Positions 53,832 to 64,000 of a stretch of DNA of 64,000 bases are shown piece by piece (within the stretch, counting starts at the first letter, position 1; every line of letters starts with the position of its first letter). The stretch covers positions 40,218,088-40,282,087 of the forward strand of contig NC_068998.1 in NCBI RefSeq assembly GCF_001194135.2, in the 5' to 3' direction. The DNA comes from Octopus bimaculoides (taxonomy: Eukaryota). The translations under genes and the position numbers were made by a program. The notes under the pieces are model-generated. The model searched no databases. It saw only the letters and a list, made by a program, of their open reading frames with translations, and was not told the DNA's origin.

Positions 53832-54013
53832 AAAGGCTCAGTGGTATTTCATCCGTCTTCATGTTCTGTGTTCAAATTCCGTTAAAATCAACTTTGCCTT
53901 TCATTTTTTTGGTGTCAATAAAATAAGTATCAGTTGGACTCTTGGGTTGATGTAATCGACTTACACCCACCTCCGAAATTGTTGGCCTTGTGCCAAAATT
54001 TCAAACCATTATT
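53831..54013 (+). mobile_element. SINE family A copy whose ATT tail hosts later insertions
   Basis: Family A core and tail GGCCTTGTGCCAAAATTTCAAACCATTATT. Confidence 0.8.
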
Positions 54014-54385
54014 ACCTCCGCCTTAGCAAAGGCAGAGGTATTGTTTTCAGTCGTGTTTGTTTGTTTGTTTGTCTGGGGACAAGATATTTCAAGAACCGCT
54101 GGATGGATTCGGATGAAACTTTCAGGGATGTTGTTTGACCTCGTGACTGGCACAAACTGATTAGACTTTGGGATTGATCTGGTACTGGATAAGGATTCTG
54201 GATTATTTTTCCAATTTTTTTTACTTAATTTTTGAAAGCGGTCAGGTTCATTTTTAGTATCCTCGTTTGTGAGAGCAGTCGAGTTTATTTCAGATATTCT
54301 CATTTTAAAAATTCTCTCCAGCTAATCATTGAGAGGATGTTGGTGTTGCCTTGGCAGAGGTTTGCGCCCTCTGAGTGCTCTTGTT
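54011..54385 (+). mobile_element. Helentron-associated non-autonomous element (HINE / DINE-1 / pearl-like)
   Basis: 5' subTIR ACCTCCGCC (54014) with partner GGCAGAGGT (54031), (GTTT)n microsatellite, 3' GGCAGAGGT (54353) plus stem-loop GCGCCCTCTGAGTGC, T-rich ends, no TSD. Confidence 0.75.
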
Positions 54386-54406
54386 ATTATCATTGTTATT
54401 ATTATT

Positions 54407-55120
54407 GGTGAAGATTTGACTCAGGTTCGTTCTTATTCTTGGTAAAATTTATGCAGGTAGTGGGTTACTACCTAAGACCCTCTTGATAATCTTTCATATC
54501 CATAAGAGGTAAGCTTTCTGTAGAAGATCTATAGGACATTCTATTCTAATTTCCTTCAACCATTTGTGTACATCTTTACTTACAGTTCCCAATGCACCAA
54601 TTATTACAGGCACAACCTTTATGGTTTTCATACTCCAAATTCTTGTACTTTTAAATTTTAAGAGATTGTATTTTTTTTATTCAACCCCTTTCTTTACGCT
54701 CCTGGAACCAAACAGACATGATGGATCAATTAGTAAGCAACTTCGCTTTTCCTTGTCTATTATGGTTACACCTGGTCCATTATTTTCTAGCATCTTTTCT
54801 GTTTAAATAGGAAAATCCCATAAAACTTTGCATTTCTCTAGCTCCAACACTCTTTCAGCCCAATCATACCATGTACCTCCAGCTTCAAATCTCCATTTCT
54901 AACAAAGCTTCCAGCATAAAACTTTCACAACTTAGTCATGCCTCCATTTCTTATAGTCGCCCTTTGCCAACTTGGGATATTCTGCAACAACGTGTGCCAC
55001 TGTTTCATTCCAAATTCCACAAACTACATTTTTCTGATATCTTTTCCCTATGCACATATTTTCTCAAGTTTGATCTTGATCTGCTATAATTTAAAACAAT
55101 TTGATTCAGCCCCATGCAAC
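54407..55120 (-). pseudogene. 5'-truncated R4/Dong-clade (RLE endonuclease) non-LTR retrotransposon
   Basis: CCHC-like EKCSL..NETVAHVVAEYPKLAKGDYKKWRHD; KCKVLWDFPI*TEKMLENNGPGVTIIDKEKRSCLLIDPSC; WSMKTIKVVPVIIGALGTVSKDVHKWL...LQKAYLL; (TAA)n on both flanks. Confidence 0.85.
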
Positions 55121-55299
55121 TATTATTATTATTAAGTTTTGTTGATTCCTAACAGAAATCTTGCTCATCAGGCTCAAGTGGCCAACTTGAGCCTGACAAG
55201 CTAGGTTTCTATAAGGAGCCTATGAAACTTTAAGGTGCATAGGGCTGAATTGAACTGTTTCAAATATAATGTATGCAACTCTTACTAAACCACTCCAAT

Positions 55300-55480
55300 G
55301 GTTTATAGCATGGTTTAGGGTAACTACATGGTGCATACTATAGTTAGGTTAACTACACGGTATATAGTGTGCTTAGGTTATCAACATAGTGGTTAGGTTA
55401 GCTAAATGGCCTACAGTGTAGATAGGTTAACCACAGGATGTGTAGTGTAGTTACATTAGCTACTTGATCTATAATGTAAT
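55300..55480. repeat. 29-bp minisatellite, short array
   Basis: Units resembling TGTGGTTAGGTTAGCTACATGGTATATAG. Confidence 0.75.
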
Positions 55481-56271
55481 CCCAGAACACCAATGCCTCG
55501 TGTGTAAATTTGCAAGATGGAAACTGTGGAAGCTTGTTGCTTGGGTGTGTGTCTCCATGCCTTTGTATTTGTCTCTAGCCACTTGACAACCAGTGTTGGT
55601 ATGTTTATGTACCTTAGCTGTTCAACAAATAGAAACTGATAAATTTAGTATTGGAATTGATTTGATTGGTAAAATCTTTCTAGATAGTGTCCCAGCATTG
55701 TTGCAGTTCAGTGAAACAAACCAACCAATAAAAGAGTAAAACATGACCCCCCCACACACACACACACACATTTAAGCGTATATATATATATATATATACA
55801 TTTCTATATAGATATATTGTTTGTATATGTATTATATATATTTATAGATTGATACATGAATGCACGAGTATGTATGTATGTATGTATGTATGTATGCAGA
55901 TACATGTGCAACTACGACAGCCATGCTCCAGTCTCTCCATTATTTTTCTTCATCTAACTGTTAAACATTTTCATTAATTCACTTTGCTTCATTTGCTCTA
56001 TATTAATTACTATCCATTTATCAGAGGCACTGGGTGTATATAGAGAGAAGCATAGGGTTGATAGTGCATTGATTATTGGGTGTCAAGAAGGAGATGGGGA
56101 ATATATATATAAAGGAAAGTAAGTGGACTTTATTTAAGCTGCATTTAGATCTTTGTTTTAGCTTCTAGTTTTACAGCTGCATTTCCTTTATTCTCTCTGT
56201 CTCTGCATCGCTCTCTCTATTTCTCTGTCTATCTGTCTGTCTATCTATTTATTTGTCTATCTTTCTATCTA

Positions 56272-56303
<32 letters not shown>

Positions 56304-56411
56304 TCTTTCCCCCTCCCAAAAAGAAAAGCTCTACATTGTATTTGTCCCATCTTTGTTGAGCCCTGTGTGGCTAATAAAAGAAATGTATCTATCTATCTAT
56401 CTATCTATCTA

Positions 56412-56442
<31 letters not shown>

Positions 56443-56812
56443 GTCTGTCTATCTATCTATCTATCTATCTATTTATCTATCTATCTATTTATCTAGCTGT
56501 CTGTCTGTCTCTCTGTCTAGCTAGTTAGCTAGCTATTTATTTGTGTTTCTCTCTATCGGTCTTTTTTTTTCTTTTTTTTTATATATACTTCTCTGTATCA
56601 ATACAGTTGGGTCTTACATATAGAGCTTCTTGAAAACTTCAATGAACTCAGACTATACACTTTCCCTAGCAGGAAAATCTAAAAACAACAAACTCCAATA
56701 TGATCAATTGTTCAGAAGAGATTGGAATGGTTCAGGTCTTATTAAATATGATAATATAAATTACCTTTGCATGATTTAAGATACGAAACATTTTGTTGTG
56801 ATATATATACAT

Positions 56813-56844
<32 letters not shown>

Positions 56845-57361
56845 GTTTCTCATTTGTTTCAGTCATTAGATTGTGACTATGCTGGGACACTGCTTTGAAA
56901 AATTTTTAGTCAATAAGCCTGATACTTATTGTATGGGTCACTTCTGCCAATCTACTAAGGTACAGGGACATAAACAAACTAACACTGGTAGTCAAGTAGT
57001 GGTTGGGGACAAATAAATACCATAACACACACACACACACACACATACACACACATACATATATATATATGAAGTTTATTTGCCAATGTAATGTGGCAGT
57101 CCTATGCAGGACGATGTCACTGTTTTTTAGCCCTAGGAAAACATCTTTTCCAGCTGGCTACCAACACATGATCTATGTTTGTGCAAAAGTAGTAACATTG
57201 TCCTGTGTAGGACTGCCACATTATGTTGGCAAATAGACTTTACTGTTCGGTACTGTTACTATACATTTCTTGCTCAGAGATTTAAAACTATATATATATG
57301 TGTGTATATTTATATATATACATATGTGTGTGTGTGTGTGTGTGTGTGTACATATATATAT

Positions 57362-57525
57362 GTTGGGCTTCTTTCAGTTTCTTTCTACCAAATCCACTCA
57401 CAAAGCTTTGGATGGCCTGAGGCTATAGTAGAAGACACTTTCCATATGTACCATGCAGTGCAACTGAACCTGCAACCATATGGTTGGGAAGCTAACTTCT
57501 TAGCACACAGCCATGCCTGCACCTA
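57362..57525 (-). mobile_element. SINE family B 5' half
   Basis: GGGCTTCTTTCAGTTTC...CAAATCCACTCACAAAGC...CACACAGCCA. Confidence 0.8.
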
Positions 57526-58064
57526 TAAAAGATAATGTATGCCTGTAGAGGAACTTGAACCCTCAACCCCCAGATTATTCTTAGAATTAGTAGCATGTAA
57601 TACTGGGTTAAAAAAATCCTGTGAGTAAAAAACGTTTACAGCCACGTATGTAACATCAACAGTATATATATATGTATATATATGCATGCAGATACATGCA
57701 AATTCATAATCTACTTAAATAGGCACACATGCAGCCATATGCATTTATGTGCATGTATGCAAAGCAACCTGTATGGACAAACTTTCATACATACATGCAT
57801 GCTTACATGCACACATTCATATACAAATACATGCCTACATATGCACACACACATTTAGAAATGCATGCCTATATGCACATGCATTTCTCCACTCTCTTTC
57901 ATTTTCCATTATCTTCAAAGCCCCTTAACTAAGTTAATGTAGAGTCAAATATCTTCTGCTCAATATTATTAGAAATGTATCTCTGCCCTCATTTTAATTA
58001 TGTTGTTAAGGCAACATCACTGCATGTTTCCAGGACAGCTACATGAATAGATATTGTAATTGAA

Positions 58065-58810
58065 TTAGCTACATGGTATAAAGTGTGGTTAGGTTAGCCA
58101 CATGATATTTATTGTAATTAGGTTTAGCTACATGGTATATAATGTTGTTAGGTTATGTACATTGTGCATACTGTAGTTAGGTTAGCTACATGGTATATTT
58201 TGTAATTGGGGTTAGCTACATGATGTATAGCATAATGTGGTTAGGTTAGCTACTTGCTCTAATGGTTTGTAGCATGGTTCAGAGTAGCTACATGGTGTAT
58301 ATTGTAGCTAAGTTAACTACATGGTATATAATGTAGTTAAGTTAGCAACATGGTATATATTGTGGTTAGGGTAGCTACAGAGCATATAGTGTGGCTAAGT
58401 TAGCTACATGGTCTAAAGTGTTGATATGTTAGCCACATGATACATGGTGTGGTTAGGTTAGCTACATGGTCTATAATGTAGATAGGTTAGCTACATGGTG
58501 TATAGCAGTGGTTCTCAACCTTTTCACTATCAAGGACCCCTTTTATTTAAATGAGTTTTCGCACAGACCCCAGAATATTGAAAGGTCTGTCAGCTTAACA
58601 TGTTCATGAACTCCTAGTATTACCTTTGCAGACCACCAGGGGTCTGCAGTCCACAGGTTGGGAGCCACTGGTGCATAGGATGGTTTTGCTAGTTATATGG
58701 TGTATAGTGTGGTTAGATTAGCTGGTGCTCAGAGCAGCTACATGATATGTAGTGTAGTTTGAATAGCTTCATGGTATTCAGTATAGTTAGGTTAGTTACA
58801 TGTTATAAGT
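58065..58810. repeat. 29-bp minisatellite, long array (about 20 units)
   Basis: GC(T/C)ACATG(G/A) at 58068, 58097, 58127, 58185 and onward; consensus TGTGGTTAGGTTAGCTACATGGTATATAG. Confidence 0.9.
58506..58670. mobile_element. 165-bp hAT-Charlie (MER5-like) MITE
   Basis: TIRs CAGTGGTTCTCAACC / GGTTGGGAGCCACTG; 8-bp TSD GTGTATAG / GTGCATAG. Confidence 0.9.
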
Positions 58811-58964
58811 TCAGGTTTGGGAATGGTTTAATGTGTGTGTGTGTGTGTGTGTACATATGAATTTGTGTATGCATGTCAACATATGTATGTAGTCTAGCAT
58901 TATAAATTTGTACTTAACAGTAAACTGTGTGTAATATATCTCTCACATGTGTTAGTTTGTCTGC

Positions 58965-59015
<51 letters not shown>

Positions 59016-60601
59016 TTCTCTGCATATAGATAGATAGATATTACTAAACATCAATTTGAAGTCATATGAAAAGAATAAACCCACAGACATCAATCATATT
59101 TGGTATAGCACTGGAATAGTGGTAGTAGGAGCAGCAGCNNNNNNNNNNNNNNNNNNNNNNNNNNNNNNNNNNNNNNNNNNNNNNNNNNNNNNNNNNNNNN
59201 NNNNNNNNNNNNNNNNNNNNNNNNNNNNNNNNNNNNNNNNNNNNNNNNNNNNNNNNNNNNNNNNNNNNNNNNNNNNNNNNNNNNNNNNNNNNNNNNNNNN
59301 NNNNNNNNNNNNNNNNNNNNNNNNNNNNNNNNNNNNNNNNNNNNNNNNNNNNNNNNNNNNNNNNNNNNNNNNNNNNNNNNNNNGTCTGTTTCCCATCACT
59401 GGGTTTGTTCTTCCTCTTTTGATTATTTCATATTAGTGTTTACAAATCTAAAATGTTTAATATTGTTTCTTCCAAAATTTTTTATCAGTGGATTCGTGTG
59501 TGTGTGTGTGCATATGAATATGTGTTATACTTTTGTATCCATGTGTATAACTATATATATTTATAGATAGATATAGATATCCCTTATATATGTATCTATG
59601 TTTCTATTATTTTTCATATATAAGTATATATTTATGTATATATATAAGGCAGCCAGTTGATAAAGTTGTGGGAGCATCGGTGAGAATATCCCATGGTATT
59701 TGTTCCAGCTCTCTGCATTGATGGCTCAGATGTGTCTCATTCTTTTAGAGCACCAATCCAAAGTGGTGAACCGATAGAATTGCAGGAGCATCAGACAAAT
59801 GCTTTGTGGTATCTGTTTTGGCTTTTAGTGTTCTGACAGTAATTCTTGCAATAAGACTGGCACTAAGCTGTGTTGGTTAATTTCTTTTTGGTCATCATCG
59901 TTGTCATGGAGAGTGGACACATATACGCATGAGCAGCAGCTGGTTTCCTATAAAAGAACATTGTCCAGGCAGGTACCACAGAGAGGAGCTTTGCAAGTGT
60001 GGGGTTACATTCTCACTAAACATATAGAGACCCAAATTTGTGTGAAACATCATCAACAGTGTCATAATTATCATAACTATCATCATCATCATGATCACCA
60101 CTACCACCATCATCATCGTAGCATCTATTTTTCCTTGTTTGCATGGGTCAGATGAAATTCGTTGAGTCAGATTTTCTATGGCTGGATGCTCTTCCTGTCA
60201 CCAACTCTCACCTGTTTCCAAGCAAATTATTCTTTTCCCATGGCCAGGCATGGTTTTCAAGGCAGATTGGAATCAAACAACCTCACTTGTATGACGGTAT
60301 GCTTGTTTACAACCATCGCTTGATGTCAAGACAAGATATACATAAGTACACATATAGAAACACGTACATACTATGCATTTGTTATGCTTGGTTGTGAATT
60401 TCTTATATCTTTGTCTCATTATTCTGAGTTGTCTGTCATTCTTGTAAAGTGGAAAGTATGTGTGGACTTATAGTTTGTGAGGATCACTTACATTGGTGTT
60501 GTTTGGTTTTCTTTATAGGTGGTTTAATTAGGCTTAGATAATGCTTAGATATTAGTGTCTAGCTTTCTGAAGTTCTGTGGCATACCTACATACATACATA
60601 C

Positions 60602-60716
<115 letters not shown>

Positions 60717-60719
60717 CTT

Positions 60720-60760
<41 letters not shown>

Positions 60761-61872
60761 CATATATGATGAGCTCCTTTCAGTTTCTGTCTTCCAAACC
60801 CACTCACAAGGCTTTGGTCAGCCTAGAACAATATCAGAAGGCACTTGCCCAGGGTGCAGTGGAACTAACCTAAAACTACACAGTTGTCTAGCAAGCTTCT
60901 TAACAGCACACCTACACTTGTACCTAGGGGAAATCATAGTTTTGACAGTGCCAACAATACAAACTTGCACCTACAGATTTATTTGCAGCTTATTTAAGAT
61001 TCAGTCAACATCACATCTATTCATTGACTGCATAATCAATAGCAGCCCTACATTACCCAACTCCCTAGAGTGGTGGCAGCAAATTTCACGATTTATAAAC
61101 CTTTTGGAAAAGGTATGGTGCAAAAACAGCTGCCTTCTTGCGAGTATATATTGTTTTGCCAATAGTGAGTGGCCTTACAACATGGATTCTAGTCATCCAC
61201 ATTCTGAACTGACCATTCTTCACTATTATACTGTATGACAACAGAAGTAAACATTATACAAGAACTGAAGTAACCCAAATAATGCACACTTTCTAAGCAC
61301 ATTCTATTATAAAACAATGCACTCTGCTCTAAAGATCATCATCACATGGTGTTACAGCTTGAAAGATCTGCTTTATCAGCTTTCGTTAATAGCTTTCATC
61401 TCAAGAAAACAATGCTTTTGTTTTACAGAGTCTGTCAAGAGATCACCAATGGCTCTTACTATACAGGGCCCTGTTTCAGTAGTTTTCATCAACTGCTCTT
61501 ATCTCAATAGAATGATGTAATTCTCTCATTTTCTTGTGCATCTTGCCTCAATGAAACACTAATGGCTCCTGCATATCTCCTTTGTAAACTGAATATTATG
61601 GAAACAATTATGAAGCCTGGAATCATTTTCGCCTGGCATAGACAAACCATCTACTGCTTCAGCAGCTATCACAACCTGCATATTCTTTTGTCAGATTATC
61701 AGTGTCACAAGAACCGAGCCATTTGACATTTGCTGTATCAATGGGAACCAAGAGAATTTCCACTTCCTTGTGACAGATTATTTCATTTAGTTAGTTTTAT
61801 ATGAGGCATGTTTTAGATTAATACACCTTATCTAATTCCTGTCAGTTCCCATAAAATTATGTTTATTTATTC

Positions 61873-63253
61873 CAGGGATGTCAAACTTAATCGCACAGGG
61901 GGCCAAAACTCAGAGTACACTTTAGGTTGTGAGCCAAACAGGATAAACATTTATTAAACAGACTAAAACTTTTTGAACATGAACATGTATTGAAACAGAT
62001 GGTATATAATGTTATTCCAAAAATAAATTAACTTTAACTTAAATTACTTAATATATTTTGCTCTGCATAAAAATATCTCCTGTCAAAATTATAAAAATTT
62101 AAAATAAGAACATGTTGCAAACAATAAAAAAAAAGAAAATATAAATTAAAAAAAAATGTGCTTTTTAGTGAAAATTAAAATAATAAATCAAAGCTTTCAA
62201 TTTTCTTTATGCAATTTTGTCCAAGCTACATACTTGGCATCTTTTCTTGGCAATGAGTTCATTGAAGTTTGGGGCAAGGTTCTGTGTTGTTGAGAGACTA
62301 TCAGGATGGATTGCAGGTGTTCATCTGTCACACATTTTCATCATGCAACTCTTCACAAACTCTCCTTCAGTAAATAGCTGGGCTGACTTTGCGATCTCCT
62401 CTGCCACAATAAAACTTGGTTTAGTAGCAGCTTCTCTTTGTGATTTTGCTTTGGTTAAAAAGGTCTGTTGTAATGTGAGATACCTCTTCAACTTGTCTAC
62501 CTTTCGTTGCTTCTGCTCAACAGGGAGGTATTTATACTGGTCCTGATGTTTTGTCTTGTGGTGGCATTTGAGATTACACTCTTTAATTACAGCAACATTA
62601 GCGCCACAATTAAGACACATGGGTTTGCCATCAATGTCAATAAACATGTACTCAGTTTCCCACTGGATTTGAAAGGCTCTGTTTCCAGCATTGGCTTTTC
62701 TCTTGGCCATTGATATAAATAGCTACTACTACTGAATGACGTCATGTGAAAATGTTCACCCGAAAGAGTGGTAAGGTGGCTGTTGCAGTGCATTATGGGA
62801 TTAGTAGATTTTGCATCATCAGCGCTTCACAACATGCGAGTAGAGAATCAAAGGAGGCATTTCTCAGCATGCTTTGTTGCAATTACATTTAAGACTTGTG
62901 ATTGTGTTATCATGCCTCTTTAGTGTGTTTTTTTGTACAGACAGAGTGTAATAGTTACAATAGTGTTGTTTCTAGTCATGTATTAAATTATTGCTACTTT
63001 TGGTGACACCCTTATTAAGAAAGGTAGTGCAGTCGGTGCTATATATAATGTAAAGGCCTGCTTTAGCCATACACACTATGTATGTGCAGTTGTAACAAGA
63101 AGGTATGGGTGTTGCTGAGGGCAGCAAAGTACTTTCTTTGCTGATGTCGCCATTTGGACCAATTTCATGGTGATATCAAAATGGTCCCATGGGACAGATG
63201 AAATTGCTGCATGGGCTGGAATTGGCCCACGGGCCAGGAGTTTGACATGTCTG
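61873..63253 (-). mobile_element. Internally deleted hAT (Charlie/Buster group, GTF2IRD2/EPM2AIP1-like transposase) DNA transposon
   Basis: TIRs CAGGGATGTCAAACTT / GAGTTTGACATGTCTG (13/16); 8-bp TSD ATTTATTC / ATTTATTT; transposase N- and C-terminal remnants inside. Confidence 0.92.
62321..62710 (-). pseudogene. hAT transposase N-terminal 129-aa ORF (BED-like zinc finger), fused to an out-of-frame C-terminal remnant
   Basis: MAKRK..NRAFQ..WE.EYMF...GKP.CL.CGANVAVIKE.NL..H.KTKH...QQTF..AKSQ.EAA...SFIVAEEIAKSA..FTEGEF.K.CM; then TDEHLQSIL..STTQNLAPNFNELIAKKRCQV. Confidence 0.9.
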
Positions 63254-63571
63254 ATTTATTTTGTTGAACTTTTTTTCTTTTTTGTGCCACTCTAAGAGGA
63301 AACTTAATTCATGAACACACATAAATTGCCTGGTAAACGCTGATGCTCAAATGTCTTACCATAAACTACTGTTTAATTACGATTTAACTGGTGTTTTAAA
63401 TTACTTTAAATAATAGTTTTTCCACCACTTAGACTGGACAGGTGTATACTGCTACCAGAAAGTGTGTGTTTGTGTGTGGGGGTTTGTATTTAAACATACA
63501 TAAAATAAGGTACTTTTGATGCCTTTCCTTAATGCCTGCTTTGTCTGTATGTGTGTGCGTGTGTGTGTATC

Positions 63572-63616
<45 letters not shown>

Positions 63617-64000
63617 TTTTATTGAAGCTGACAAGACTTCCCAAACTTTAAGTCAGAGTTTTATGCAACCAATCATCAGACAGCCATTAGCAAAGAGCCC
63701 ATGCCACATTGTCCCTTTTAGCCTTTTCTGATGATTGTTGGGGTTTTATAAAGTTGTATGAAAAGGATTGGTAAATTTGCTGTTATGAGAATATAATATT
63801 GAATTTTATTAATAATAATACATACACACACACACACACATACATATACATCCATATGTTTACATATGTATATATACATGTATTTATGTATATATACACA
63901 TTACACTTTAATTTTAATGAATGTGTATCATTGATAAGTCAGAGGTTGCACTGGTTCTCTCAGGAAAGATTCCTTTATAAATGTAGTGTGTTAAAAGCGC

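Noticed and set aside
54457-54508. Exon candidate with AG...GAG|GTAAGC
   Set aside because: It is the antisense strand of the Dong/R4 element's C-terminal coding region.
61669-61681. 13-nt match to the start of miR-67/307-like TCACAACCTGCAT
   Set aside because: It diverges afterwards and has no complementary hairpin arm.

Overview
AT-rich, microsatellite-saturated animal genomic DNA with many N gaps. The interspersed repeat families look like those I recall from coleoid cephalopods, probably Octopus; this is an inference, not a database result. Almost all ORFs in the supplied track are artefacts of microsatellites, N gaps or repeats. The window is mostly intronic or intergenic. It contains several recurrent tRNA-SINE-like families. 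It also has decayed non-LTR retrotransposons: RTE, CR1-group, and an R4/Dong-clade element sitting in a (TAA)n tract. DNA transposons include an internally deleted hAT (Charlie/Buster-type) element with TIRs and TSD, two hAT MITEs, TTAA piggyBac-type MITEs, a maT/DD37D mariner remnant, a Helentron-associated (HINE/pearl-like) element and a probable non-autonomous Helitron. There are three minisatellite families. One well-supported + strand exon (49101-49221) and a frame-compatible probable terminal exon (49912-49942) belong to an unidentified host gene. I found no CRISPR array, rRNA, bona fide tRNA gene or clearly new biological system. The best leads are the possibly horizontally transferred hAT element, a LINE 3' end that shares its tail with a SINE family, the (TAA)n-targeted nest of elements, and an inverted SINE pair that could be an ADAR substrate.
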